A stretch of DNA of 64,000 bases from Eledone cirrhosa. Lineage: Eukaryota. The translations under genes were made by a program, and so were the position numbers. Every line of letters begins with the position of its first letter. The first letter of the stretch is position 1. The stretch is taken from the NCBI GenBank assembly GCA_964016885.1, contig OZ024764.1, forward strand, positions 4,898,001-4,962,000. Direction: 5' to 3'. This document shows, one piece after another, positions 40,479 through 54,630 of this stretch. The notes under the pieces were generated by a model. It was not told where the DNA came from. It searched no databases and saw nothing but the letters and a program-made list of their open reading frames with translations.

Positions 40479-40508
40479 GAACACCACTAATTTCTCCGAA
40501 AAATTTCT
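40479..40508 (+). CDS. Micro-exon E8 (class A), 30 nt, phase 2-2, NTTNFSEKF
   Basis: tttttctcattacAG | gaacacca...aaatttct | GTAAGT. Confidence 0.8.
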
Positions 40509-41361
40509 GTAAGTGTTACCTTAACATACTGTCTAACCATTGTTTAATCTGCTCCTCCCTCTACCTCTCCCTTTATACACACACACACATATATACCCCT
40601 ATATATATATGTATACACACACACACACAAATATATACACATATATACATATATATATACACACATATATATATAATCACATATATATATACATATATAC
40701 AAGCGAGACACGGCCTGCTGACCAATCTCGCCTTAAGTGGGACAAAACCGTCCAACCCATGCTAGCATGGAAGATAGACTTTAAATGATGATGATATATA
40801 CACACTGACACATATATATACATATATATATATACACATATATATACGCATATATATATATATATATATATGAGTTCAAGTCCGCCGAGGTTAACTTTGC
40901 CTTTCATCTTTACGAGGTCGATAAAATAAAGTACCAGTGGTGTACTGGGGTAATCGCTGGCCTTGTGCCAAAAGTAGAAACTATAATTAGATATATATAA
41001 CCAAAGATTAATATAGTTCGTTGATTACTCAACGAATACAGTTGTACAACAGATTAGAAGAAATCAACAGTGAAAGTTTTCCTGGACTTTTTAATATTAA
41101 CAAATGAAAAATATTCTCATAATCAAAATATATACTTTATTATATACATTTCAAAGGTATATGACATACCTCTACGGTCTTGATTCTTCAATTCCAGTAT
41201 TGCAGTCACTGCCAATACTGGAACTGAAGAATCAAGACCGTAGCGCTATGTCATAATCATATATTTTGTCTGATGAGGACGTACTGAAAAAACAACAATA
41301 TATATAATAAAGTATATATTTTGATTATGCGAATATTTTTCATTTGTTAACATTTTGAATA

Positions 41362-41443
<82 letters not shown>

Positions 41444-41509
41444 AGGTAAAATGAATAATGAAAGAGTTGCAAGCCTTTAAAACATATCTTTATAAAGCTC
41501 TTACATATG

Positions 41510-41554
<45 letters not shown>

Positions 41555-42668
41555 TATATATATATTTATATCATCATTATCATTTTATGTCCGCTTCTCC
41601 CTGCTTGCAAGGGTTGGGCTCTCACCACCACTGGCCATGTTTTTCGTGGTCTTCCTTTTACTGGGATTTTTTAGCACCTCTTTACCCAGCGGTCATCCTC
41701 GATGCGCATCACTTGTCCATACCATCTCAGTCTTCTCTCCTGCACACCACAACTCATCCCCAGTTTCTCTCTCAACTCATCTATGGTCTTGTTGTTCACG
41801 CATATTGACACACACACACATACACATATATATATTAATTCTATTGACTGATTAATAGCTCTTGTTAATTTTAAAACCATTCTGTTGAGAGCTTAATTCG
41901 TTTTGTGATATTTTGCAATAACACACATACTGAATTCATCCGCCAAAACTAAGGGTTGCCCCCCCCCCCTGTGAAGCCCCACGTGGGTTTTGATAACGGT
42001 CAGTCCTTGGCTTGGCACTGAACTAAAAGCCTGTTGCAAAAGTGACTTCCTTGTTCGATCATCATACAAAAAGCTTAACATTATTTGTCTAAGTAGACAG
42101 TACTTGATTTAGGAGTTGCAGAAACCCAATACTGGATATTACCAACCTTCCAGGGGTCCGGGTATAATTTTCCATCATATTTTATTTGTTTTACTCGAAT
42201 TACTTGGTCGTGTCTATGGCTGTGCGGATAATTGTTTAACCATCGTCTCAGTGCGTTTGGCCTTTTAACTTACGTTGTTGCTCTAGTTCACTAGCTTCTA
42301 TGGAGCGTTTCCCACACATCTCGGAAGTTGTTTTTCGTTAATTTCCAATAGCAGAAATGCAATTCTCGCTAATTTATATATATATATATATATACACGTA
42401 TAAGGGATAACAAAATATCGTTATAGGTAATCCAGTTAGAGGTTGTGAATACTCTGTATTGTGGTTAGTCTTAGTCTACGGCGTTGTTTGACTCAACAAG
42501 AGGTTTCCGTAGGTGGCAAGTATTTGAGTTCTCTTGAATTCCTATGTAAGTTTTGTTGTACACCAGTTACCATAACTCTAGCAACCCACCACATTTATTT
42601 CTACTGAATCTCATATTTGTTAAGTTTAACGTAGAGATTATAGTAATATCAATGTCTTGCTGTAGCTT

Positions 42669-44723
42669 ATAGGGTAGGTTACCATAGGGTAGGTTACTGT
42701 AGGGTAGGTTACCATAGGGTAGATAGTGTCTCGTAGGTTACAATAGGGTAAGTTACGATAGGGTAGGATAGTGTTTGGTAGGTTACCATAGGGTAGGTTA
42801 CTGTAGGGTAGGTTACGATAGGGTAGGATACTGTAGGGTAAGTTACTGGAGCGTAGGTTACCATAGGGTAGGTTACCATTGGGTAGGTTACCATTGGGTA
42901 GGTTATTATAGGGTAGGTTACCACAGGGTAGGTTACCATAGAATAGGTTACTGTAGGGTATTTTACCATAGGGTATGTTACCATAGGGTAGGTTACCTTA
43001 AGGTAGGTTACCATAGGTAGGTTACCTTAGGGTAGGTGACCATAGTGTAGGTTACCATAGATTAGGTTCTGTATGGTAGGTTAGGTTACCATAGGGTAGG
43101 TTACGATAGGGTTGGTTGCCATAGGGTAGGTTACCATAGCGTAGGTTACTATTGGGTAGGTTACCATAGGGTAGGTTACTGTAGGTTAGGTTACATAGGG
43201 TTGGTTACCATAGAGTAGGTTATTATAGGGTAGGTTACCATAAGGTAGATTACCTCAGGGTAGGTTACTGTAGGGTAGGTTACCATGGGGTAGGTTACCA
43301 TAGGGTAGGTTACCATAGTGTAGGTTACCTTAAATTAGGTTACCACAGGATAAGTTACCATATGGTAGGTTACTGTAGGTTAGGTTACCATAGGTCAGGT
43401 TACCATAGGGTAGGTTACTATAGGTTGCTACCATTGGGTAGGTTACTGTAGGGTAACATAGGTTACCATAGTGTAGGTTAATATAACATAGGTAACCATA
43501 GTGTAGGTTACTTTAGATTAGGTTACCATAGGGTAGGTTACCACAGGATAGGTTACCATAGGGTAGGTTACTATAGGTTGTTACCATAGGGTAGGTTACG
43601 ATATGGTTGGTTACCATAGTGTAGGTTACTATAACGTTGGTTACCATAGTGTAGGTTACCTTAATTTAGGTTACCATAGGTTAGGTTACCGTATCGTAGG
43701 TTACTGTAGGTTAGGTTACCATAGGGTAGGTTACTATAGGGTAGGCTACCAATGATAGGTTACCATAGGGTAGGTTACCACAGGATATGTTACCATAGGG
43801 TAGGTTACTGTAGGGTAGGTTACTATAACATAGGTCACCATAGTGTAGGTTACTTTAGATTAGGTTACCATAGGGTAGGTTACCACAGGATAAGTTACCA
43901 TATGGTAGGTTACTGTAGGTTGTTACCATAGGCTAGGTTACTATAACATAGGTTACCAAAGTGTAGGTTTCTATAGGTTGTTACCATAGGGTAGGTTACT
44001 GTAGGGTAGGTTACCATAGGTTAGGTTACCATAGTGTAGGTTACTGTAGGGTAGGTTACTGTAGGGTAGGATACTGTAGGGTAGAATACTGTAGGGTAGG
44101 TTACCATAGGGTAGGATACTGTAGGGTAGGTTACTGTAGGGTAGGATACTGTAGGGTAGGTTACTGTAGGGTAGGTTACCATAGAGTAGGATACTGTAGG
44201 GTAGGTTACTGTAGGGTAGGATACTGTAGGGTAGGTTACCGTAGGGTAGGTTACTGTAGGGTAGGTTACCATAGGGTAGGATACTGTAGGGTAGGTTACT
44301 GTAGGGTAGGATACTGTAGGGTAGGATACTGTAGGGTAGGATACTGTAGGGTAGGTTACTGTAGGGTAGGTTACCGTAGGGTAGGTTACTGTAGGGTAGG
44401 TTACCATAGGGTAGGATACTGTAGGGTAGGTTACCATAGGGTAGGTTATTATAGTATAGGTTACCGTAGGGTAGGTTTCCATGAAGTAGGTGACCATAGG
44501 GTAGGTTACTATAAGTTAGGTTACCATAGGGTAGGTTTCCATGAAGTAGGTTACCACAGGGTAGGTTAACATAAATTAGGTTACCTTAGGGTAGGTTACC
44601 ATAAGTTAGGTTACCATAGGGTAGGTTTCCACAAGGTATTAACATAAAGTAGGTTACCATAAGTTAGGTTACCATAGGGTAGGTTACCATAAGTTAGGTT
44701 ACCAGAGGGTAGGTTACCATAGG
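42669..44723. repeat. 15-bp satellite array (paralog of 8912-10996)
   Basis: Monomer variants largely in the same order as 8912-10996. Confidence 0.95.
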
Positions 44724-46780
44724 TTTGTTAAGGTTAGGCTAGGCTGGTCTACTCGGTGAGTTAAAACTCACTTGTGACTGTAGTGTTTTAGAAGAAGTGT
44801 CTTAATCTTTCGTGCACCACTAAATTTTTTAACTATTTCCCCTGAAACTGCCTTATTTTGGGGAGGTTATCTTATCAATCGAATAGCGTCCTAAATCTAA
44901 ATTACACCTCAGAATTTTAGGGGCCACGCTATGTACCGGATAGACTTGTACACCGGCATATATATATATGCAAAGAGAGCGAGAGAAACAGCGGGAGTGA
45001 GAGAGATACATTAAAACAATAACAGAGGTCTGACTGGAGAATTTACTTTAGAATTTTAAGAGAAAAGAGGAAGGTTTCAGACTTCTGGAATTCCTTCACG
45101 AAAATGTCCTATTTATCTGTAACACAAACTTCAAAAAATGAGACAACCACTTAATAACCTATAGATCATGTGAGCCCACCAGCTAGATAGATTTCATCGT
45201 TACCAGAAGACAGAGTGACTGTTATAAAAACAAAGTCCCTCCCTAGTGAAGAATGCATCTCCCAACATACCTTAGGAGACAAACTGGAAGAAAAGATTAT
45301 AGATCAAAATCAAAAGGTCTTAAAGTCAATTTGGTAAAGACTAAAGTTCTAGTAAGTAGAAAGGAAAACAGGGCCCAGATCTCTTCAGGTAAACTGTCCT
45401 GCTCAGTGTGCAGAAAAGGAGTAGGTAGAAATTCCATCCTATGTCCCATATAGAAATGATGGGTACACAAAAGATGTTGTGGGATCTCAGGGAGGCTAAC
45501 AAAGAACGTAGCTTCTACATGTGGCCAATGAACAGGAGCAGGAAATATCAAGAGCTCTCGGGTTACAATCTCCTTCAAATACCCGAAAGTCTCTGTAGAG
45601 GTGGTAGATAGTTTCTGTTACCTAGGTGACTAAATCAGCAGTGGAGTAGGGTGATCCCAAAACTCAGTAACAAGAGTGAGATTAGATTGGAGAAAGTGCA
45701 GGGATCTACTACTACTGCTAACTACAAAAGGTTTTTCCCTCAAAATGAAGGGCAGACTGTATGATGCAGGTATACAAACAACAATGTTGCACAGCAGCGA
45801 GACCTGGGCACTGTGTGTAGAAGATCTGTAAAGATTGGAAAGAAATGAAGCCTCCATGCTTCAATGGATGTGCCATAGTAATATAGGCAAATGGCAAAAC
45901 ATAAATGTACTGTGAGAGAAATTAGGCATAAGAGGGATTAGATGCAGTGTGCAGGAGAGGGATTGTTTTGGTATAGAAATGTGATGTGTATGAAGGGTGA
46001 CAGCTGTATAAAAAGGTGCCAAACGCACAAAGTTGACAGAGGCCGTGGAGTGGGCAGGTCTAGGAAGACTTGGGATGAGGTAAGGAAAGCTGACTTTGCA
46101 CAATTACACCTAGCAAAGGCAATGACACAGGATGGTGACCTCTGGCGCTATGCACAATTATAGAGGACTACATCCACAATCCACCAGACATTTTCCCTAC
46201 CAACACCCCACACAAGTTCCCAAACCTCACCATAAAGTGGTCCCGCTGCAGCCATGACAAACGTGTCCAGTCCACACTGTACAGTGGTCTTGTAGGTGTC
46301 CTGCCAAAAATCAATATTGGGCCTTAAAACCTTGAGTGCCTTTTGTTCTGTGTATGAACATAAATAATTGTTTCTACTTTTGGCACAAGGCCAGCAATTA
46401 TCCAGTGCATTACTGGTACTTTATTTTATCGACCCCGTAAGGATGAAAGGCAAAGTTAACCTCGGCGGGATTTGAACTCAGATCATACAGGGAGGTAACT
46501 ATGCTTCAAAGCATGGCGTCCAACTCTCTACCGATACTGCCAATCCACTGCCTGAACATAAATAAATAATTGTTTCTACTTTAGGCACAAGGCCAGCAAT
46601 TACCTAGTACATTACTGGTACTTTATTTTATCGACCCCGTAGGATGAAAGGCAAAGTCAACCTCGGAGGGATTTGAACTCAGATCGGAAAGGGACGTAAC
46701 TAAATAAATAATGTAATATATATATATGTATTTGTGTGTGTATCTATTTATATATTTAAGTATATTTTTTGTAATCACAG

Positions 46781-46822
46781 GACTGATACAGAGGAGGGTA
46801 CCGCTCCAGAAAATAATGAGGA
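46781..46822 (+). CDS. Micro-exon E9 (class B), 42 nt, phase 2-2, TDTEEGTAPENNE
   Basis: ttttttgtaatcacAG | gactgata...aatgagga | GTAAGT. Confidence 0.8.
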
Positions 46823-47148
46823 GTAAGTTTTAGTTTTACATACTATCTAACCATTATTCTATCTGTTCCTTCCCATCTCTCTCTCTCTCTCTCTTTATAT
46901 ATATATATATTTATATATAGTAAGGTGTATTACTGGCTGTGTAAAACGGTCCAATAAATTTTTGTTAGCAATATTAAGTCTCCACGCTTTTGTATATCTC
47001 CAATTCCATTCAAGGGAACAGCTAGATGATGTAAAACGGAGTATTTGTATCAAAATGAAAATCCGAAGGCAAGGTAAAATTTCCAATCATTTTAATCACA
47101 TCGTGATTAAAATGATTGGAAATCTTACCTTCCTTTGGATTTTCATTT

Positions 47149-47186
<38 letters not shown>

Positions 47187-48161
47187 CTCTGACTCTTATA
47201 AACCACGTTGGCTATTATGACACTCTCTCCAACATAGAGAGCTATGTTGGCTAATATGACTATCTCTCTCTATGTTGGCTATTATGACTCTCTCTCTCTC
47301 TCTCTATCCCTCCCTCTCTATGTTGGCTAATATGACTCTCTCTCTCCCTCTCTATGTTGGCTATTATGACTCTCTCTCTCTCTATGTTGGCTATAATGAC
47401 TCTCTCTCTCTCTCTATGTTGGCTATAATGACTCTCTCTCTATGTTGGCTATAATGACTCTCTCTCTCTCTCTCTATGTTGGCTATAATGACTCTCTCTC
47501 TCTCTATGTTGGCTATTATGACTCTCTCTCTCTCTATGTTGGCTATAATGACTCTCTCTCTCTCTATGTTGGCTATTATGACTCTCTCTCTCTCTATGTT
47601 GGCTATAATGACTCTCTCTCTCTCTATGTTGGCTATAATGACTCTCTCTCTATGTTGGCTATAATGACTCTCTCTCTCTCTCTCTATGTTGGCTATAATG
47701 ACTCTCTCTCTCTCTATGTTGGCTATTATGACTCTCTCTCTCTCTATGTTGGCTATAATGACTCTCTCTCTCTCTATGTTGGCTATTATGTCTCTCTCTG
47801 TTCAAGGTTTATGAAGTTAGATGAACATCTTCAAAGTCCTCCCATATTCGCCTTGTCTAATATGCGTTCTTGTACCTGATTATTTCCCCCAGATCTCCTG
47901 GGATGTTATAAACCATGATGGCTACCTATCTCACAATTTCTCTCCTGCCCACCCCCTCACACCACCATAGTCTATTCGACCAATCAAACCTCAGCAACAT
48001 GTCCCCACCCATTACCAACCCCAACAAACTCTGCCATTACTACTACTTCTACTTTTCTTCTAGCCCTTACCAGCCCCAACAAACCCTGACATTATTACTA
48101 CTATTGTCCTTCTAGCCATGGGCTGAGGATAAATGGGGCTACCCCAAATTAATAAATAAAT

Positions 48162-49365
48162 ATGAATCCGCGAGTTACCAAGCACCCATGCAAAGCTTTA
48201 ATTCAGAGACAGGAAGCATACACACCCCACTGCAAAAATTCACCCTTTCCCACGAGTGGTGGCAAATGCCCAAAACTCCGAGTTGGAACCATCAATGTAA
48301 GCACAATGAAAGGAAGAGCAGGAGAAATTGTAGAGATGCTAGAGCGAAAGAAAATTGATGTATGCTGTGTGCAAGAGACTAGATGGAGAGCAGAGTCCGC
48401 TGGAGTCCTTGCAGGCAGAAGTCAGTGCTACCAATTTGTCTGGGTAGCAAATGACAACAGGATGGGAGGTGTAGCTATCCTATTAGCTGACAAATGGGTA
48501 GATAAGGTAATCTCAGTGAACAGGGTGAATGCAAGAATAATGAAACTTGGACTAGTCCTGAATAAAACAATTGCCACAATAATATCAGCTTACGCACCCC
48601 AATTGGGGTTGCCAGCTGACTATAGCGGGGAATTTAGTTTAGAGGTCGGTGTCCACCAGGGCTCTGTTCTTAGCCCACTCCTGTTCGTTAAAGTATTGCA
48701 AGCAATAATGGAGGTGATTATGACCGGATGCCCATGGGAACTCCTATATGCGGATCATCTCACACTTATAGCCGAATCTATGGTGGAACTATACTTGCTC
48801 AGTATGTAGGAAAGGAGTAGGCTGGCTGCAAAAGGTTTTCCCCTCAAAATGAAAAGCAGACTGTATGATGTGGGTATACGAATAGCAATGTTACATAGTA
48901 GTGAAACCTGGGCGCCGTCTGTGGAAGACTTGCATAGATTAGAAAGAAACGAAGCCTGCATGCTCCGATGGATGTGTAATAGTAATATACGCAAACGGCA
49001 AAGCATAAATGAATTGAGAGAGTGACTGAGCATAAGAGGAATGAAATGCTGTGTGCAGGAGAGGATGTTGCATTGGACATGTGATGCGTATGAAGGATGA
49101 CAGCTGTATAAAAAGGTGTAGAGCAGTAGAAGTCGATGGAAGCCGTGGAGTGGGGAGACCCAAGAAGAGCTGGGATGAGGTGATAAAAGCCGGACTCACT
49201 GTAAATGAGGTTGGTGTTAGGAAGGGCATCCAGCTGTAGGAATCAAGCCAGAATCAGTTCCTGTATGAGCAAGACAAGGTCAGCTGAACAGACACTGCCC
49301 ACAACAGGACAACCCGTCTAACCCATGCTTGCGTGGAAGAATGGACGTAAAACAGTGATGAAGAT
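48162..49365 (+). mobile_element. Duplicate of the deleted RTE LINE at 14163 (a fifth copy starts at ~63820 and runs off the window)
   Basis: Near-identical ORF and tail. Confidence 0.9.
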
Positions 49366-49619
49366 GATATATCATATATGCTAGTGTACTATTTGACATT
49401 TGGATCCTAAAAATATCTCTCCAAAACCAGGGGTCGACTTGTCTGCTGAATATAGTATGTTACCTTTACCACTGAGGGGTAAACAGTGAAACTGCCTGCC
49501 TAACACTTGTACACCACTTACCATAACTCTAGCAACCCACCACATTTATTTCTACTGAATCTCATATTTGTTAAGTTTAACGTAGAGATTATAGTAATAT
49601 CAATGTCTTGCTGTAGCTT

Positions 49620-51036
49620 ATAGGGTAGGTTACCATACGGTAGGGTACTGTAGGGTAGGTTACCATAGGGCAGGTTACTGTAGGGTAGGATACTGTCTGG
49701 TAGGTTACCATAGGGTAGGTTACTGTAGGGTAGGTTACTATAGGGTAGGTTACTGTAGGGTAGGTTACCTTGGGTAGGTTACTGTAGTGTAGGTTACCTT
49801 GGGTAGGTTACTATAGGGTAGGTTACTGTAGTGTAGATTACTCTAGGCTAGGTTACCATAGGGTAGGTTACTGTAGTGTAGATTACCATAGGGTAGGTTA
49901 CCACAGAGTAGGTGACCATAGGGTATGTTATTATAGGGTAGGTAACTGTAGGTTAGGTTACTGTAGGGTAGGTTACCTTATGGTAAGTTACTATAGGGTA
50001 GGTTACCATAGTGTAGGTTACCTTATGGTAAGTTACTATAGGGTAGGATACCATAGGGTAGGTTACCTTATGGTAAGTTACTATAGGGTAGGTTACCATA
50101 GTGTAGGTTACCTTATGGTAAGTTACTATAGGGTAGGTTACCATAGGGTAGGTTACCTTAGTGTAGGTAAGAATAGGGTAGGTTACCATAGGTTAGGTTA
50201 CTGTAGGGTAGGTTACCATAAGGTAGGTTACTGTAGGGTAGGTTACCATAGGGTAGGTTACTGTAGGGTAAATTACCATAGGGTAGGTTACCATAGGGTA
50301 GTTTACCGTAGGTTAGGTTACTGTAGGGTAGGTTAACATAGGGTATGTTAGCATAGGGTTGGTTACCATAGGTTAAGTTCATATAGGTTGTTACCATATG
50401 GTAGGTTACTGTAGGGTAGGTTGCTATAGGGTAGGTTATCGTAGAGTAGGTTACTATAAGGTAGGTTACCATAAGGTAGGTTACCGTAGGGTAGGTTACT
50501 ATAGGGTAGGGTATCATAGGATAGGTTACCATAAGGCAGGTTACCATAGAGTAGGTTACCTTAGGGTAGTTTACTATAAGATAGGTTACCATAGTGTAGC
50601 TTACCATAGGGTAGGTTGTTACCATAGGCAAGGTTACTATAGGGTGGGTTACCATAGGGTAGTTTATGATATGGTTGGTTACCATAGTGTAGGTTACTAT
50701 AACATAGGTTACCATAGTGTAGGATACCTTAGATTAGGTTACCACAGGATAGGTTACTGTAGGTTAGGTTACCATATGGTAGGTTACCATAGGTTAGGTT
50801 AGCAATGGGTAGGTTACTATAGGTTGTTACCATAAGGTAGGTTACTGTATGGTGGGTTACCATAGGGTAGGGTACCATAAAGTAGGTTATTATAGTGTAG
50901 GTTACCTTAGGATAGGTAACCATAGGGTAGGTTACTATGGGGTAAGTTACCATAGGGTAGGTTCCCATAGGGTAGGTTAACATAAGCTAGGTTACCTCAG
51001 GGTAGGTTACCATACCATAAAGTAGGTTACCATAGG
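49620..51036. repeat. 15-bp satellite array
   Basis: Same monomer and flanks. Confidence 0.95.
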
Positions 51037-54000
51037 TTTGTTAAGGTTAGGCTAGGCTGGTTTACTCGGTGAGTTAAAACTCACTTGTGACTGTAGTGTT
51101 TTAGAAGTGTCTCAATCTTTCATGCACCACTAAATTTTTTAACTATTTCCCCTGAAACTGCCTTATTTTTGGGGGTCATCTTATCAATCGAATAGCGTCC
51201 TAAATCTAAATTATACTTCAGAATTTTAGGGGCCGACTTATGTACCGGATAGACTTGTACACCGGCATATATGGTATATATATATATATGCATGGAGGCA
51301 CATGGCTTAGTGGTTAGAGCATTGGTCATGCAATCGAAAGGTTGTGAGTTCAATTCTCAGACCGGGTGATGTGTTGGTTCCTTGAGCAAGACACTTTATT
51401 TCACATTGCTCCAGTTTACTCAGCTGTAGAAATGAGATGATAGGGACTGGGGTCCCTATCATTCCACTGCAAAGTGGTCGTGGAGGTGCCACGGCAAAAA
51501 AAGCACCCAGCACTCACTGTAAATGAGGTTGGTGACAGGAAGGGAATACAGCTGTAGAAATCAAGCCAGAATCAGTTCCCGTCCCGCCCTTGCAAGCAGG
51601 GAAAAGTGGACGTAAAATGAAATGATGAAAGAGAGATAGAGAGAAAGAGAGGGAGTGAGAGAGATACATTAAAACAATAACAGAAGGTCTGACTGGAGAA
51701 TTTACTTTAGAATTCCTTCACGGAAATGTCTTATTTATCTGTAACACAAACTTCAAAAAACAAGACAACCACTTAATAACCGATAGATCAAGTGAGCCCT
51801 CCAGCTAGATAGATTTCCTTGTTACCAGAAGACAGAGTGACTGTTATAAACACAAAGTCCTTCCCTAGTGAAGAATGCACCTCCCAAAATACCTTAGAAT
51901 ACAACCTGGAAGAAAAGAGTATAGATCAAAATCAAAAGGTCTTAAAGTCAATTTGGTAAAGACTAAAGTTCTAGTAAGTAGAAAGGAAAACAGGGCCCAG
52001 ATCTCTTCAGGTAAACTGTCCTGCTCAGTGTGCAGAAAAGGAGTAGGTAGAAATTCCATCCTATGTCCCATATAGAAATGATGGGTACACAAAAGATGTC
52101 GTGGGATCTCAGGGAGGCTAACAAAGAACGTAGCTTCTACATGTGGCCAGTGAACAGGGGCAGGAAATATCAAGAGCTCTCGAGTTACAATCTCCTTCAA
52201 ATGCCCAGAAGTCTCTGCAGAGGTGGTAGATAGTTTCTGTTACCTAGGTGACTAAATCAGCAGTGGAGGAGGGTGGTCCAAAAACTCAGTAACAAGAGTG
52301 AGATTAGATTGGAGAAAGTGCAGGGATCTACTACTACTGCTAACTACAAAACATTTTTCCATCAAAATGAAGGGCAGACTGTATGATGCAGGTATACAAA
52401 CAACAATGTTGCACAGCAGCGAGACCTGGGCACTGTGTGTAGAAGATCTGTAAAGATTGGAAAGAAATGAAGCCTCCATGCTTCAATGGATGTGCCATAG
52501 TAATATATGCAAATGGCAAAACATAGGTTACCATTGGGTAGGTTACTGTAGGGTAGGGTACCATAGGGTGGGTTACCATAGCGTAGGTTACTGAATGGTA
52601 GGTTACATTTTGTTAGGTTACTGTAGGGTAGGTTACCATAGGGTAGGTTACCATAGGGTGGGTTACCATAGGGTAGGTTACTGTAGGGTAGGTTACCATA
52701 GGGTAGTTATGTAGGGTAGGTTACCATAGTGTAGGTTACTGTAGGGTAGGTTACCATAGAGTAGGATACTGTAGGGTAGGTTACCATAGGGTAGTTATGT
52801 AGGGTAGGTTACCATAGTGTAGGTTACTGTAGGGTAGGTTACCATAGAGTAGGATACTGTAGGGTAGGTTACCATAGGTTAGGTCACTGTAGGGTAGGTT
52901 ACCATAGGGTAGGTTATTATAGGGTAGGTTACCATAGGTTAGGTTACTATAGGGTTGGTTGCCATAGGGTATGTTACCATAGGGTAGGTTACTATAAGGT
53001 AGGTTACCATACCATAGGTTAGGTTACCATATGTTTGTTAAGGTTAGGCTAGGCTGGTTTACTCGGTGAGTTAAAACTCACTTGCGACTGTAGTGTTTTA
53101 GAAGAAGTGTCTTAATCTTTAGTGCGCCACTAAATTTTTTAACTATTTCCCCTGAAACTGCCTTATTTTTTGGGTGTCGTCTTATGAATCGAATAGTGTC
53201 GTATAGGACTATCTGGCATGTTTTCTATGGCTGGATGCCCTTCCTAACACCAACCACGTTTACAGTGTGGGGACTGGGAGGTTTTTACCATGTTAACTAC
53301 ACGGCCAATTTACAGCGTGGACTGTGTGTTTTATTGTCATGACACCTACACAACCTCATTTATTTAGGACTGGATGATGTGTGACCAACATAATTTTACA
53401 GAGATGGGGGTGGGAGTAGTGGGGTGGGGGCGTATATTTGGTTAAGAGGTGCCTACTGACTGTAGGTTTCGCTTTGTACTTAGGCAAGGGTGGTCTTCTG
53501 TATTACTGCGTAGCGCCAAAGATCTCGGTTCAGTGACATTGTTTTGGAGAGGTGTAAGTGTGTGAGATCGGAATTTATCAATTCGTCCCAGGGTTTTCTG
53601 GGTCTGCCTACTCCGTGGCTACCATCTATTTTGATCGCCCTGCACTTTTTTATACAGCTGTCGTCTTTCATGCGCATCACGTGACCATACCAACGTAGTC
53701 TTCTCTCGAGTAAACAACATCTGATCCCTCTTATTCCTAATTTCTCACTTAGTTCATTTATGCTTTGCCGTTCACGTATATTACTATTACACATCCAGCG
53801 GAGCATGCAAACTTCATTCCTCTCCAGTCTGCGTATATCCTCTGCACACAATGCCCAAGTCTCACTGCCATGTAACATTGTTGTTCGTATGCAGGCATCA
53901 TACAGCCTGCCTTTCATTTTTAGAGAGAACCCTTTAGCGGCCAATCGTACAATGAAAAGAGCGTCTGTGATACTTTTACCTGACACAAACCCAAACTGCA

Positions 54001-54552
54001 TTTCATCTAGATCAATTCTCTCTCTGATTAGTTGCGCTATTACTTTTTCTGTGACCCTCATGAACTGGTCAATTAATTTAATGCCTCTATAGTTTCCCCT
54101 ATCTAGGGCATCTCCTTTACCCTTGTAGCAGTTAATGATGATGATATATATATAAAAGAAATAGGATTTCGCTTCAAGCATATCTTTATACAATATGTAT
54201 AAATATTTTGTATCTCCAAAGAAATACGGTTTTAGGAAGCCTTAGCTCTGCAAACCCTGGGGGGCAAACGTCCTCTGGTGATGTCCAGCAGAAGCAAAGG
54301 GGACAACCGTCTATCCATTTCAGGCTTAACTGGCCATCGTCAGGACAGTCCCTCCCACTGCTTGCGACTGCTGGCCAGTTAAGCATGAAATGCATAGATG
54401 GTTGTCCCCCTTGCTTCTGCTGGACATCACCAGAGGCCTTGAAACCCTAAGTCCCTTTTGTTCTGTGTATGAACAGAAATAAATAATGTAATATATATAT
54501 ATGTATGTGTGTGTATCTATTTATATATTTAACTATATGTTTCTCATTACAG

Positions 54553-54630
54553 GAACACCACTAATATCTCCGAAAAATTTATTACTACTCTTTTATGCAG
54601 CCTTCCCTCCAATGATTACAAGAAATTTAT
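54553..54630 (+). CDS. Micro-exon E10 (class A), 78 nt, phase 2-2, NTTNISEKFITTLLCSLPSNDYKKF; internal in-frame acceptor gives a 30-nt form at 54601-54630
   Basis: tttctcattacAG | gaacacca...aaatttat | GTAAGT; internal ctcttttatgcAG ending at 54600. Confidence 0.75.
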
